Made by a program: the position numbers and the translations under genes. DNA of 64,000 nt from NCBI GenBank assembly GCA_965197905.1, contig CBDAOB010000004.1, positions 384,001 through 448,000 of the forward strand. Reading direction: 5' to 3'. A model generated the notes under the pieces. That model did no database searches. It saw only the letters and a list, made by a program, of their open reading frames with translations, and had not been told where the DNA came from. Position 1 is the stretch's first letter, and the number at the start of each line of letters is the position of its first letter. Below, one piece after another: positions 42,109 to 53,690 of this stretch. The stretch is from Candidatus Latescibacterota bacterium. GTDB taxonomy: Bacteria > Latescibacterota > UBA2968 > UBA8231.

Positions 42109-42849
42109 GTGATAAAAAACGCAACCACGTTGGTGCTGACGGTCTCGATCAGTTCGGGCGCGCTAGCCCGGGATATTGAGACACCGCGAGCGATCCTCGA
42201 TCGCATCGACGATCTCTATCGCGGCCAGTCCTCCCACGCCATCATGGACATGAGAGTCGCCACCGAACACTGGACGCGCGCGCTCAAGCTCGAAACATGG
42301 AGCAAAGGCAGAGACCGATCTCTCTTCCGCATCCTGTCCCCACAGAAAGAGAAAGGCACCGCGACGCTCAAATCCGGAAAACAGATGTGGAATTACCTAC
42401 CGAAGGTCGATCGCACCATTAAGATACCGTCCTCGATGATGGGCAGCTCGTGGATGGGCAGCCATTTCACCAACGACGACCTCGTAAAAGAAAACCGTAT
42501 GGCCGAGGACTATGATTTCGAGTACGGTGAAACGGCGGCGACCGATGAAATCGTGCTCGTCTGCATTCCGAAACCGGAGGCGCCAGTCGTATGGGGCAAG
42601 GTCGTGGTTCGGGTCCGCGCGAAAGACTGGATGCCCCTCACGGTGGGGTACTTCGACGAGGACATGGAGCCTGCGCGCACCATGGAGTTCGGTGATTATG
42701 AGATGATAAACGATCGTGTTCTGCCGCTTTTCTTGCGCATCACACCGGCTGACAAACCGAGCGAACACACTGAAATCCACTACGATAAGATCGAGTTTGA
42801 TCTTTCCCTTCCCGACCATCTTTTCTCTCTGCGCAACTTGCGGAAATAG
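42109..42849 (+). CDS. LolA-like 'outer membrane lipoprotein-sorting' protein
   Basis: Signal peptide; KEKGTATLK, MWNYLPKVDRTIKIPSSMMGSSWMGSHFTNDDL, FSLRNL. Confidence 0.85.
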   Translation: MIKNATTLVLTVSISSGALARDIETPRAILDRIDDLYRGQSSHAIMDMRVATEHWTRALKLETWSKGRDRSLFRILSPQKEKGTATLKSGKQMWNYLPKVDRTIKIPSSMMGSSWMGSHFTNDDLVKENRMAEDYDFEYGETAATDEIVLVCIPKPEAPVVWGKVVVRVRAKDWMPLTVGYFDEDMEPARTMEFGDYEMINDRVLPLFLRITPADKPSEHTEIHYDKIEFDLSLPDHLFSLRNLRK

Positions 42850-42857
42850 TACTCTCG

Positions 42858-44081
42858 ATGAGCGCGTTCGGTATCGCCTGGAGAAACATCATGCGCAAAC
42901 CGAGGCGCACCGCGGTTACCATTGCCGCCGTCTCGTTGAACACCGGCGTCTTGATCTTCACCTACGCCATGATGGACGGGATGCTGGTCCAATTGATGCA
43001 CGACTCAACGCACACCCACGTGGGCGACGTCCAGTTGCACGCCCGCGGTTATCTCGCCGATCGTTCGATCTATAAGAGCATTCCGGAACCTGGACGGTTT
43101 ATGACAGCTGCCGAGGCTGCAGGATTTGGCGCCACCGCGCGCAGCTTTGGCTTCGGCCTCGTCTCCATGGACACTAAATCTGCCGGGGCCAGTTACTGGG
43201 GAATCGATCCGGAGCGGGAAAAGAGCGCCTTCGAAATGGCGCACAAGCTGGAACGTGGCACCTTCCTGACGGCTGAACCCCGTGCTGAAGTGGTTATCGG
43301 GCGCCGCCTGGCCAAAAGCCTGCAAGCGCTGATTGGTTCCGAGCTGGTCGCCGTAGTCCAGGCCGCCGATGGCTCGGTCGGAAACGAGCTCTACACAGTC
43401 GCCGGCGTTTTGCAAAGCGTCGGCGACGAGATCGACCGCGGCGGCATCCTCATGCATCGCGACGATTTCGACCGACTCTTCGCCGCCGGCGGGCGCATTC
43501 ACGAGATCGCGGTGCTCGGTGAGCCCGACGCAGCACAGATCGCCACTCTCTTCGAGAAGAGTGACCCGTCGAAGGTGGTGGTTGCCGATACCTGGCGCGA
43601 GCTAATGCCGACCCTGAACGACATGCTCAACATGTCAGATGCGTCGATGGGAATCTTCGCGTTCGTGTTTCTGCTCTCCGCCGGCCTGGGGGTTCTCAAC
43701 ACCATGTTCATGGCAACACACGATCGCGTGCGTGAATTCGGAATGTTGAGAGCGCTCGGGACAACCCCGACTCGAATCGTAGTCGATGTGCTCGTTGAGG
43801 CGCTTTTGCTGGCGGTCGTGGCTGCGGTCCTCGGGGCCGTGCTGGGAAGCGTCGTGAGTCTCTATTTCGAGATGACCGGGGGCATGGACCTGACCCGATG
43901 GCAGGGTGGATCCCTGATGTTTTCAGGGGTTCCGTTCGAATCAATCTACAGGTTTGACCTGCTGCCGGGCCGCGTTGTAACCGCGGTGGTCGCCATGTGT
44001 CTGACATGCGTGGCAGCCTCGCTGTTCCCGGCTGTCAAGGCAGCAAGGCTCGATCCGGTAAAGGCGATGACCCACCAATGA
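42858..44081 (+). CDS. ABC transporter permease (LolC/E/MacB-FtsX family)
   Basis: IAWRNIMRKPRRT, large periplasmic loop, RVREFGMLRALG, FPAVKAARLDPVKAM. Confidence 0.9.
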   Translation: MSAFGIAWRNIMRKPRRTAVTIAAVSLNTGVLIFTYAMMDGMLVQLMHDSTHTHVGDVQLHARGYLADRSIYKSIPEPGRFMTAAEAAGFGATARSFGFGLVSMDTKSAGASYWGIDPEREKSAFEMAHKLERGTFLTAEPRAEVVIGRRLAKSLQALIGSELVAVVQAADGSVGNELYTVAGVLQSVGDEIDRGGILMHRDDFDRLFAAGGRIHEIAVLGEPDAAQIATLFEKSDPSKVVVADTWRELMPTLNDMLNMSDASMGIFAFVFLLSAGLGVLNTMFMATHDRVREFGMLRALGTTPTRIVVDVLVEALLLAVVAAVLGAVLGSVVSLYFEMTGGMDLTRWQGGSLMFSGVPFESIYRFDLLPGRVVTAVVAMCLTCVAASLFPAVKAARLDPVKAMTHQ

Positions 44082-45337
44082 AATCGGCTCCAACTCTTGA
44101 ACAGCTCTCTCTGGTTCTCAGGGTTTCTTGGCGCAGCATCTGGCGCAGCAAGCGGCGAACCTGGATTACCCTCAGCGCTATCGCCTTCGGTCTGGCGCTT
44201 GCCGTTTTCTTCATCTCCTTCGCCGACGGGGTGTACAACCAGATGATCGACGATGCCACTCGCATGCAGGGAGGCCATTTCACCCTCGAGCACCCGTCCT
44301 ATCGAGAGGCACCTGCCATAGACCTGTTTGTGACCGGTGTCGGCGAGCATCGATCCCGAATCGAGTCACTCGACGGCGTTGCGGGCACCAAGGCGTTGAT
44401 CCTTGGTCAGGGCGTCGTCCGCTCTGGAAGCGGGGCGGTCGGCGTGGCGGTGATGGGGGTGGAACCATCTGTAGAGGTGGCTGCGTCTCCCCTGGCAAGA
44501 AAAATCAACTCCGGCTCATTCCTCGAGGACCGGGATCGGCGAAAGGTGGTGATCGGTGTCAAGCTCGCCGAGCGGCTCAACCTCGAAGTCGGAAAAAAGC
44601 TGGTTATAACCACCAACAATGCCGACGGCGATATCGTCGAGGAACTCTTCCGGGTAAAGGGCACCTTCGAAATCGGCGCGGATGAGGTCGACACCTACAT
44701 GGTCCAGATTCCGCTCGAATCTGCGCGCCGGCTCTACGGATTGGGCGATGACGACGCCACCCAGCTGGGGGTGCTGCTCGAAGATGCGGACAACCGGCCT
44801 GCGCTTTTGGCTGCGGTGAGAACCTTCGTTCCCGACGCCATAGCACTTCGCACCTGGGAAGAGGTCATGCCCGAGCTGGCCAACTATGTGCGCGTCGATC
44901 GTGGTGGCAATCGGATCTTCCAGGGCATAGTCATCTTCTTGAGTCTGTTCACCATCTTCAACACGATCCTGATGTCGGTTCTCGAGCGCACCCGAGAGCT
45001 GGCGATGCAGCTGGCTCTGGGGGTGTCCGCCTCCTTGCTGCGTTTGCAGGTGGTTGTGGAATCCGCTTTGCTTGGTGCCGTGGGGAGCTCCCTGGGCGTG
45101 TGTCTGGGCGGAGCTCTGGGATACTGGATGCAAGTGGAAGGGCTGGACATGTCGAGATTCTATCGCGAAGGCGTGGACGTTTCCGGTTTTGCGGTCGATA
45201 CCGTCGTCCATGCCAGCGTCACGGTCGAGCTTCTTTGCGGTATGTGGGTTCTGGTTTTTGTCGCCACTGTGCTGTTGAGTCTGATTCCCGGGCGTCAGAT
45301 CTCGAGAATCGCAGTGGCCGAGGTCCTGCGCGGATAG
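44078..45337 (+). CDS. ABC transporter permease (LolC/E/MacB-FtsX family)
   Basis: SWRSIWRSKRRT, NTILMSVLERTRELAM; ATGA overlap with the upstream gene. Confidence 0.9.
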   Translation: MKSAPTLEQLSLVLRVSWRSIWRSKRRTWITLSAIAFGLALAVFFISFADGVYNQMIDDATRMQGGHFTLEHPSYREAPAIDLFVTGVGEHRSRIESLDGVAGTKALILGQGVVRSGSGAVGVAVMGVEPSVEVAASPLARKINSGSFLEDRDRRKVVIGVKLAERLNLEVGKKLVITTNNADGDIVEELFRVKGTFEIGADEVDTYMVQIPLESARRLYGLGDDDATQLGVLLEDADNRPALLAAVRTFVPDAIALRTWEEVMPELANYVRVDRGGNRIFQGIVIFLSLFTIFNTILMSVLERTRELAMQLALGVSASLLRLQVVVESALLGAVGSSLGVCLGGALGYWMQVEGLDMSRFYREGVDVSGFAVDTVVHASVTVELLCGMWVLVFVATVLLSLIPGRQISRIAVAEVLRG

Positions 45338-45343
45338 TGTATC

Positions 45344-46048
45344 ATGGATCCCATCATAAAAATCGAAGGGGTTACCAAAGATTACGGAGACGGTGACGTG
45401 ATTACCCACGCACTCAGAGGTATCGATCTGGCGATTGAGGGCGGAGAATTTACCGCCGTTGCCGGTCCCTCGGGTTCGGGCAAGAGCACACTCCTGAATA
45501 TCGTCAGTGGACTCGACCGGCCCACATCCGGAAGGGTGTTCGTCGATGGCGAGGATATCACCGGCTGTTCCGGCGGCCGGCTTAGCGAGCTGCGCCTGCG
45601 ACGCATTGGTTTCGTATTTCAGGCTTACAACCTGATCCCAGTCCTCACTGCCTACGAGAACGCCGAGTACATTCTGATGTTGCAGGGAATCTCCAAGAAT
45701 CGGCGGCGCGCCAAGGTGATGGAGTTGCTTCAACAGGTCGGCCTCAGCGGCATGGAGGACCGCTTTCCCCGTGAGCTGTCGGGAGGACAACAGCAGCGCG
45801 TGGCCATCGCCAGGGCGATCGCTTCCGAGCCATCCATGATCCTGGCCGACGAGCCCACCGCCAACGTCGATCAATCGACCGCTGCCGCTCTGATGGATCT
45901 GATGGGCCAGCTGAACAAGGATCGGGGCGCGACCTTTCTGTTCTCGTCCCACGATCAAAACGTCCTCGATCGCGCGCACCGGCTGCTCATCCTCACCGAT
46001 GGCAGAATAACCCACGATACGGCCGCCGCGAGCGAAATTCCTGGATGA
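45344..46048 (+). CDS. ABC transporter ATP-binding protein (LolD-like)
   Basis: Walker [30 protein letters not shown]. Confidence 0.93.
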   Translation: MDPIIKIEGVTKDYGDGDVITHALRGIDLAIEGGEFTAVAGPSGSGKSTLLNIVSGLDRPTSGRVFVDGEDITGCSGGRLSELRLRRIGFVFQAYNLIPVLTAYENAEYILMLQGISKNRRRAKVMELLQQVGLSGMEDRFPRELSGGQQQRVAIARAIASEPSMILADEPTANVDQSTAAALMDLMGQLNKDRGATFLFSSHDQNVLDRAHRLLILTDGRITHDTAAASEIPG

Positions 46049-47328
46049 ACCACCATCGCTGCTTCTTGTTGGCGCTGTTCTGGCCGGCCACGGCAGTCGC
46101 CCTCGTCGAACTGGGACAAGGGGCTCTGACCCTCGACGGCAACTTGCGCGCAACCAGCATCGCCACCCAAAACTACGACCAGTCGTTTCTCTGGGGCGAT
46201 GGCGACACAGCGGATGGGCAGTCCGATCTGGCCGTGCGATTGGTGGCGACCGGCAAACCCCGCGCTACCTTGAAATGGAACGTGCATGTTGTTCAGCGGC
46301 TGACCTTCAATACCGCCGAATTGCCAACCACGGGCTCTTCGACATTGCTCGGTAGAAGCGGAACCCAAGTTCCCTACCGCGCAATAGATACGCGGTGGGA
46401 ATGGGGCAAAGCAGATGATGTGAACGCCTGGATTTATCTCGATCGGGCGAATATCGAGCTTACACTTGGCCACGCTGACGTAGCGTTTGGCCGCCAGGCC
46501 ATCACCTTTGGCAAGGCCTACTTCTGGAACCCGCTCGACGTCTTCCTCGCCTTCGGCTCCACCCAGTTCGACCGCGACTACAAAGCCGGCGTCGACGCGC
46601 TGCGGGTAGACGCGCCCATCGGCGATCTTTCGGGGCTGACGATCGTCGGCGTTCCGGGTCGTGTCGAGGAACAAGGGCCGCAGACAGATGAGCACAGCTT
46701 CTGGTACCGCAGCGCTCTTCTGGCGCGGGTTTATGGAAACCGCCGCTCCTGGGACCTGGCTGTCCAGGGGGGCAAGATTCTCGGGGGATATCAGCTGGCA
46801 GGTGCGGTAGCGGGTGAGCTCGGAACAGTGGAGGTGCGCGGCGAAGGGGCGTGGTTCGTAACCCAGGACGCAAGCGCCCTTTCCGGATTGTCTACGGCCG
46901 CTGTCGTCGAGGACCACCTTTCGATCGTAGCCGGCTTCGGACGCAGCTTCATCGGGGGCGAGCTGCAACTACAGGCAGAGTACTACTACAACGGCGCAGC
47001 ACGAGGACCTAGACTCGATCGTCTCGCGCTGATCTCGGCAGGCCGACTGCAACACCTCAACCGCCATCTGCTCGGCATCGTCGGAAGCTACCGACTCCAT
47101 CCTCTGCTTTCGAGCTCGCTCGCAGCGTTGTGGGGCGCGTCGGATGGCTCCTGGCTTTTACAGCCCCGTCTCTCCTATTCGGTCGCAGACGAGGTCGAAC
47201 TGGTCGCCGGATCCATCGTTGCCCGGGGACGCCGGCCGCGCGGGAGCAATGTCGCGGAATTGAGATTCCGCAGTGAGTTCGGTACCTATCCGAATTTCTA
47301 TTACTTGGAAACTAAGCTCTATTTCTGA
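46045..47328 (+). CDS. Putative outer-membrane beta-barrel protein
   Basis: Signal peptide; LDRANIE…FGRQAITFG…WNPLDVF…GVDALRV; C-terminal YYLETKLYF beta-signal. Confidence 0.75.
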   Translation: MNHHRCFLLALFWPATAVALVELGQGALTLDGNLRATSIATQNYDQSFLWGDGDTADGQSDLAVRLVATGKPRATLKWNVHVVQRLTFNTAELPTTGSSTLLGRSGTQVPYRAIDTRWEWGKADDVNAWIYLDRANIELTLGHADVAFGRQAITFGKAYFWNPLDVFLAFGSTQFDRDYKAGVDALRVDAPIGDLSGLTIVGVPGRVEEQGPQTDEHSFWYRSALLARVYGNRRSWDLAVQGGKILGGYQLAGAVAGELGTVEVRGEGAWFVTQDASALSGLSTAAVVEDHLSIVAGFGRSFIGGELQLQAEYYYNGAARGPRLDRLALISAGRLQHLNRHLLGIVGSYRLHPLLSSSLAALWGASDGSWLLQPRLSYSVADEVELVAGSIVARGRRPRGSNVAELRFRSEFGTYPNFYYLETKLYF

Positions 47329-47357
47329 GCGGCGAACGGTCCCTGGAGGACCAAACG

Positions 47358-50300
47358 CTACGCACTCAATCCTGCCAACACTTCCTCGAAAATAGAGCGT
47401 GTCTTCCTCATTTGGTCGGCCAGGTCTGACTTGAGTTGCTCACCTGTATCCGTACCGATTGCCCGTGCCAGCACGGCCAGTTCCCGTCCCCGCGGAAGCT
47501 CACTTCGGATCCGGTTGCTCGTCATCCGGAAGGCCTTCTCCATATCCCGCAACCGGTCATGGGCATCCAACAGAAAACTGCCATCTTCCTGACCGATGTA
47601 TTCCTTCTCCATGAGCCCCTGGAGCATTTCCCGTGTGTTCATTCCCACCCAAAATCCGCATGCCTTCCCATTTTTCAAAGCGAGAATCTGCGAGACATAC
47701 TCTACGTCTACGATCCCGCCGAGCCCTTTTTTAATGTCGAATGTGGTGCTATGGACGCGCTTTGGTTTTGGCTCCTGCCGACTCCTGATATGCCTTAACT
47801 CCCGCACCTCTACTTCTGTTAACGGTCCGTCGTACACGAATCCACGAATCGCTCGGAGGACCTTGTTGCTCAGATCCGCATGCCCAGCCACACCGCGAGC
47901 CCGCGTCAGTGCCATCCGCTCCCAGGTCCGCGCTCTGCTCTTGAGATATCGTCGATACCCTGTCAGGTTGATGACCATCGGAGCGTTCCTTCCGTCCGGA
48001 CGCAGTCGCGCGTCCACCTCATAGTCAATCTCTCCCAGGCTCCGGCTCAGCTCAACGGCCAGCTCGACGAAGAACTGATGGTTGTCTACTCCCCTACCTG
48101 TGCTTCCCTTTCCATCGTACACGAAGAACAGATCCAGGTCTGATCCGAAGTTCAGCATTCTACTGCCGAGTTTCCCCACGGCGATGCAGGCGAACGCGGC
48201 GTCCTTGCCGTTATCGGATCGAGGTTTGCCTCTCCGTCGCACGATTTTTCTCCACGCCTCTTTGAATTTGAATCTCACGACAACCTCGGCCAGGTCAGAT
48301 AGTCGTGCGAAGGTCTCCTCGCTGGAAATCAGCTTCAGCAAATCTTCCGTTCCGATCCTCAGCATCTCCCTGTTGTGAAAACGGGCAATAGTTCCCCGGT
48401 CCGCAGCTTCGGCGGGCTGCGCCTCTCCTATTACGCGGCCACTCACCAGGGCGTCTAGCAACGACGGATCCCGGCACATCAGACCAGCCAAATACTCGCT
48501 TGAACCGCAAATCAACGCGATCATCTTGCGGAAGATCGGGTGCGCTTGTATAAGCTCGCTCAGAGTTCCCGGCGCACCGTAGGCAGCCATCAGCTGACCG
48601 AGACGTCGTATTGCCGCATCCGGGTCAGGAGCTGCCCCCAGAGATGAGAGCAACTCCGGCAACGACGCGAGCAGTCTGTTGCGCGCCAACTGCGTCATGA
48701 GGGGCGCGTTGGCTATTTCCCTAAGCACTCCGTGCGCCGAAACCGGATCACCGAAACCCATCGCACGGAGAGCCTCATCCACGCGGGGGGAAGAGATGGG
48801 TGCGTCAAGCACCCAGCCGAGCTGGTCTGACTCTTCTTTATCGGTGTAGAAGAGCTCGTCGTAGATCGCCCTAACCCGAAGGAGGTGCGCCTGGAGCCCC
48901 TGCTCTATCCCAACCGCATCCTTGACCCCGTCGACACCGATGACAACCGCCAAGCCATCTCGGGCTTCTTCACTTTTCGGCAACTCATAAACTGGACGGT
49001 CGGTCTCGATTTGGAGCAGATTTTCCAGCCGGCGCAGAAAAGAATACGCCTCTGTGAGTTGGTGAGCTTCATCTTCATCGAGACTTCCGGCTCTACGTAA
49101 CCTCGCGATCGCTGTCAGCGTGTTGACGGAGCGCACGGAACGGTCGAGCCTTCCCGAAAGCAGCTGGAGACACTGCACCACAAATTCGATGTCTCGAATC
49201 CCGCCAGGACACAGCTTTATGTTCTGAGAATTTCCCGAGCCGGGTTGTATCTCTTCTTCGATTCTCTGCTTTACACCGCGGATTGCCTCATGGGGTGATT
49301 CGGCAAAGTGCGCCGGATACACAAAGGGTCGCAGCATCTGCTCGAACCTGCGCCACAATTTCTTGGAACCCGCCGCTCGGCGGGCTTTGATTAGCATCTG
49401 TCGCTCCCACAGCTCGCCTCGCGTCTCGTAATGAATCCAATAGCTTTGCAGTGAACGCACCAGAGGGCTATGTCGGCCTTGAGGCCGCAGACGCATATCA
49501 ACTCGATACAGAAAACCTTCCGCCGCAACCTCTGTCAGCGAGCTGATGAGCATCTCGCCTAGCCGGGTGAAGAACTCTCCATTGCAAATCGCGGTCCTCT
49601 CGCCGGTTGACTCGATGCTACTGTCCTCATCGAATACAAACAGCAGATCGATGTCAGAGCTGTAGTTCAATTCGATGCCACCGTATTTGCCGAGTCCAAC
49701 AATGCAGAATTCGGCCCGCCGACCCCGACGATTGAGGGGTCGTCCATGCTTTTCGATCAAACGTTCGAAACAGGCCTCCAGCGCGACCTCCAGGACGACA
49801 TCCGCCAGCTCAGCAAGCTCACGACCGATTTGTTCCACCGACTTCAATCCGAGAATCTCCGCGGCGCCGATTCGCAAGAGTTCCCGCCTCTGGACCCGAC
49901 GCAACCGGGCCATAACCTCCGCCGTTTCCCGATGGTTCCCGAGGTCTCGGTGGATGACCTTGCGCAGGGTGGGTTTGTCCAGTTCTCGACGCAAGAAGGG
50001 TGTTTCTTCGAGCAGCCAGAAGAGGTATTCCGGATTGCGAACGAGGATGTCCGTCAACAGAATGCTGTGAGCGAGAATTTTCAGAAGGAACTCGGGTAGT
50101 CGACCGGAATCACCCAGGCGACGATAGAGTCGATCAGAGCCGCCGGATGCTCGCACGAAACGCTCGAAATGAGCAAGCGCCCGGTCGGGTCGGCCGCTGG
50201 TGGCGGCCGCCATGAGTATTTCGGGGGGAAGTGCTGCGGGCAAGTCCGTCGAACGACCGATCTGGTCGACAATACTCCCGGCTCGCTCGACATCTCGAAA

Positions 50301-50384
50301 CCCGAGATCGCTCAGAGCCGACCGACTCGAGGGCCCATCTCCATGCAGGACCCGGCCGGCCAGCTCCGCATTTCTGTCTGCCAC
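47358..50384 (-). CDS. glnE: Bifunctional glutamine synthetase adenylyltransferase/adenylyl-removing enzyme
   Basis: Two nucleotidyltransferase domains: GLGKYGGIELNYSSDIDL…VDMRLRPQG…WERQ and GKLGSRMLNFGSDLDL…VDARLRPDG…WERMAL. Confidence 0.93.
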   Translation of the reverse strand: MADRNAELAGRVLHGDGPSSRSALSDLGFRDVERAGSIVDQIGRSTDLPAALPPEILMAAATSGRPDRALAHFERFVRASGGSDRLYRRLGDSGRLPEFLLKILAHSILLTDILVRNPEYLFWLLEETPFLRRELDKPTLRKVIHRDLGNHRETAEVMARLRRVQRRELLRIGAAEILGLKSVEQIGRELAELADVVLEVALEACFERLIEKHGRPLNRRGRRAEFCIVGLGKYGGIELNYSSDIDLLFVFDEDSSIESTGERTAICNGEFFTRLGEMLISSLTEVAAEGFLYRVDMRLRPQGRHSPLVRSLQSYWIHYETRGELWERQMLIKARRAAGSKKLWRRFEQMLRPFVYPAHFAESPHEAIRGVKQRIEEEIQPGSGNSQNIKLCPGGIRDIEFVVQCLQLLSGRLDRSVRSVNTLTAIARLRRAGSLDEDEAHQLTEAYSFLRRLENLLQIETDRPVYELPKSEEARDGLAVVIGVDGVKDAVGIEQGLQAHLLRVRAIYDELFYTDKEESDQLGWVLDAPISSPRVDEALRAMGFGDPVSAHGVLREIANAPLMTQLARNRLLASLPELLSSLGAAPDPDAAIRRLGQLMAAYGAPGTLSELIQAHPIFRKMIALICGSSEYLAGLMCRDPSLLDALVSGRVIGEAQPAEAADRGTIARFHNREMLRIGTEDLLKLISSEETFARLSDLAEVVVRFKFKEAWRKIVRRRGKPRSDNGKDAAFACIAVGKLGSRMLNFGSDLDLFFVYDGKGSTGRGVDNHQFFVELAVELSRSLGEIDYEVDARLRPDGRNAPMVINLTGYRRYLKSRARTWERMALTRARGVAGHADLSNKVLRAIRGFVYDGPLTEVEVRELRHIRSRQEPKPKRVHSTTFDIKKGLGGIVDVEYVSQILALKNGKACGFWVGMNTREMLQGLMEKEYIGQEDGSFLLDAHDRLRDMEKAFRMTSNRIRSELPRGRELAVLARAIGTDTGEQLKSDLADQMRKTRSIFEEVLAGLSA

Positions 50385-50952
<568 letters not shown>

Positions 50953-51096
50953 TGATTTGACCTTTCGCTAATGCACTGTTCAATAACTGGCCTTGCAGAA
51001 TTGCGGCGCTTCGACACCCGGCCCGCAAGGCGCGCGATCGAGCCATCATGAGTGTTGGGCGAGCGCCGCATGTAAGTGACGATGGCGTTTTGAGTC

Positions 51097-52182
51097 TCAT
51101 GCCATCGCGCGCCGGCGTTGGTAGGCGTAGATGGTGCGAACGAGATCCCGCTCACGGGTCGTCGGTAGGTCGACGAACTCGAGGCTCATTCCGGTTCCCT
51201 TGGGGTGTTTGAATACGCGAACGACTCGACATACCAGCCCCGCAAGAGGAAACGAGTCGTCGAATTTTGGATCGATCGTCAACGCCGTGCCCTCCTCGAT
51301 CTCGCTACGGGTGACGATGCCTAGACCACCTCCGCTGACGTCGACTACGTTAGCTTCGATAACGGCCGGCCCTTTCGCCGCCGTTTCCTCCTCCTCGGTA
51401 CCGCTGCGCTGAGTGACGGGAAAGAGCGTTAGGGGGAAGTTGGTTTCCAAGCGGAAGAAGTCGCGCTTCTGGAGGTGTTCGAGATGTTGCGAGTGCCGAA
51501 TCTTCATCGTCGTGGTTTCGGGCATCGTCTCCACGACCTGCGAGCGGAATCTGTATTCCGTATCACCTTCACGCCAGAATCGGACCTTGACCTTGTCCCC
51601 CTCTCCAAGCGCACTTAGATGTTTGTCTTCGTCCTTTATCAACGGCACAACGGTGATCGCATGTTCGTCTACGTGAATAACGAAGCAGGAACAGAACCCG
51701 CGTGGCCCCCCTTTCACCGGCCAAAGCATGATGGTCTGGCCAGCCTCGATCTCCCGCGTGCTGTAGACCGGTTGTCCCGGAGCCGGGCGGTCGAAACCGA
51801 GTTTGCGTCGAATCTCGGAGATTTCTTTCAGCTGCGGCGGATCGGGGTCCGCGGATCTTCGATCGACCTGGTCGGCGTATTTCCCCACGTGTTCATCGAA
51901 TGCTTTAAGCGAGGTGAGCAGCAGCAGAGGGTGTTTCATCTTGTCGGTTTTGGCGATCCCCTCCAGCAGCTGTTGCTCATTCGGGCCGAGCCCGCGCTCC
52001 TTGGCACTGCCGCTGAAGGTCTGCCACAATTGCCGTTGCCAGCGAAACCTTCGGATGAAGGGATACGCGATCATGCTCAGCAGGAGAGCGACCAGGAAAC
52101 CGAGCAGAAGAGGTGTTATCCACTCGGGGGCTTCGCCTCTCAGACGGATCAGTGGCAACAGGCTTTCGTAACTTTTGTCCAC
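51097..52182 (-). CDS. Membrane-anchored PilZ/YcgR-like (PilZN + PilZ) protein
   Basis: N-terminal TM; QKRDFFR (RxxxR) and DVSGGG (DxSxxG) c-di-GMP motifs; RBS AAGGAG. Confidence 0.85.
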   Translation of the reverse strand: MDKSYESLLPLIRLRGEAPEWITPLLLGFLVALLLSMIAYPFIRRFRWQRQLWQTFSGSAKERGLGPNEQQLLEGIAKTDKMKHPLLLLTSLKAFDEHVGKYADQVDRRSADPDPPQLKEISEIRRKLGFDRPAPGQPVYSTREIEAGQTIMLWPVKGGPRGFCSCFVIHVDEHAITVVPLIKDEDKHLSALGEGDKVKVRFWREGDTEYRFRSQVVETMPETTTMKIRHSQHLEHLQKRDFFRLETNFPLTLFPVTQRSGTEEEETAAKGPAVIEANVVDVSGGGLGIVTRSEIEEGTALTIDPKFDDSFPLAGLVCRVVRVFKHPKGTGMSLEFVDLPTTRERDLVRTIYAYQRRRAMA

Positions 52183-52225
52183 GGGAATCTCCTTGAGTCG
52201 TTTTCAACCCGATGACTGCGAGTTC

Positions 52226-52240
52226 GCAAGTTACGTGCCA
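52226..52240 (-). promoter_or_regulatory. sigma54 (-24/-12) promoter upstream of the PilZ gene
   Basis: Minus strand TGGCACGTAACTTGC = consensus TGGCACG-N4-TTGC, ~45 bp before the start codon. Confidence 0.8.
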
Positions 52241-52348
52241 GCTGCGGGTCAGAAGGTTTTTTGGTGTATCCGTAAGGGGAGTGCGAAAAACGGGCTTGAG
52301 AGTGAGACCCTGCCTCACAAACCGCAGATTCGCCTGGGTGCTCTCTGA

Positions 52349-53468
52349 TCAGGTAACGATTTTGCCGGCACGAACGGTGGACAACGGCTCCCAACAACCT
52401 CCAGACCTCTCGATATCCTGTACGTCCTTGAGTCGGCCGTCCTCGTTCCACCTCAAAAGGGCGATGTCGGCGCACGCGCCGGCGGCCAGCGTCCCGACCC
52501 AGCAGCTCAGCCGGGCGCAACGTCGCCCGCGCAAACACTTCTGTCTCCGGCATGCCGGCGGCGATGAATTTCGACATGGTACGCGGCAGGTCGTGTTGCG
52601 GATCGCTACCCACGTGGCGTTTGTACTGATCGCTCGACACGGTGTCCGGGTAGAACCCCTCAGCGATGGCCGCGTCGGCAATTGGAAAGCTGAACGACCG
52701 CATACCGTGTCCGGCGTCGAACAGGACACCCCGTCCTTTCGCTTCCCAAACCGCATCTCTCACCTTCCCTGACTCGATGATGTTGTCCGCCAGGTAGGTG
52801 AAGGTGTAGGTCATCAGGTCCCCTGCACGCAGGTAGGGCAGCTGCTCCTCCAGCGGAAAATCATGGTCCAACCGTGGGCCATATAGCACCGGTCGACCAC
52901 AGCGTTCGGCGGCGGCTATCCCGCGGCGCATGATCTCCCTGGGATCGACGGTGTAGGTGGGCTGGTTCGTAGCGTTAAAGGCGATACCCCAGATCTCGGC
53001 ACCCGCGGAGGCAATCGTATCCACGCACAGGTCAACATCTGCATTCTCTAGATCTTCGAAGCAGTGTCCAACCTGCGATTCGCCGTACTTCGAAAGGTGT
53101 AACGCCAATCGGACCCGGGTTTGACAGCCGTTGATCACCTCATCCTTATAGGCCGGCCAGTTCAGCGCACCTGCATCCCCCTGGGACATGCAGGTCGTCA
53201 CCCCCCGGGGAAGGAAGTGGTCGTCGGGATCGATCCCGTAACGCGATCCGCCCTTTGCCGGATGGGCATGCATATCGACCAACCCCGGCAGCAGCAGGCC
53301 GTCCGGAAATTCCAGGACCCGCTCCGCCGGACCGGAAACATCCAGGCCAGACGCGACGATACGGTCTCCCCGAATCGCCACTGCTCCGCGCCCGTCGAGT
53401 CCGGTATCGGCACAGAATACACGGCCGGCGGTGATCAACAGATCGTACGATGTATCCGCGTGCGCCAC
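52349..53468 (-). CDS. Amidohydrolase/deacetylase (dihydroorotase-like) metallohydrolase; frameshift near 52497
   Basis: PGLVDMHAH, FDAGHG, PDTVSSD, RPAELLG; the normal C-terminus GTLAAGACADIALL…TVRAGKIVT* lies in another frame ending at 52349. Confidence 0.8.
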
Positions 53469-53576
53469 CTTGACTCCTTTCTTGTGGTTGATCCGAATAT
53501 AACCGAATTATCCCGATTGCTCTGCCCTGGGAATTGGCTGGGCAGCAACGGCCCAAAACTCCACCTCAAGAAATTG

Positions 53577-53605
53577 TTGACCAATCGGTTCCTAATTCGT
53601 ATACT
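53577..53605 (+). promoter_or_regulatory. sigma70 promoter of the MMPL operon with probable TetR operator
   Basis: TTGACC-17bp-TATACT; imperfect dyad GACC-AATC-GGTT overlapping the -35. Confidence 0.65.
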
Positions 53606-53690
53606 GGTTGCATTCGGGACCCAATGCACCCGGAAACCATCACCTAGGTCTTTTTGAATCGCGATCAATCGAGGGAAGGAGAACCGCCCC

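Noticed and set aside
41766..42179. ORFs on both strands containing FGRGAAWFA and ANQAAPRPN
   Set aside because: An artefact of translating the palindromic MITE
40495..46153. Long antisense ORFs (40495-41769 +, 44516-46153 -) and similar shadows elsewhere
   Set aside because: They mirror well-supported genes on the opposite strand; expected in GC-rich DNA and lacking motifs
51020..51090. Second ERIC-like element (GCAAGGCG… motif) between the PilZ gene and the 80-aa ORF
   Set aside because: No long flanking inverted repeats or CTAG/TA ends; too degenerate to support
52149..52348. C-terminal tail of the 439-aa amidohydrolase ORF overlapping the PilZ start
   Set aside because: Frameshift read-through; the true C-terminus ends at 52349 and this stretch holds the sigma54 promoter
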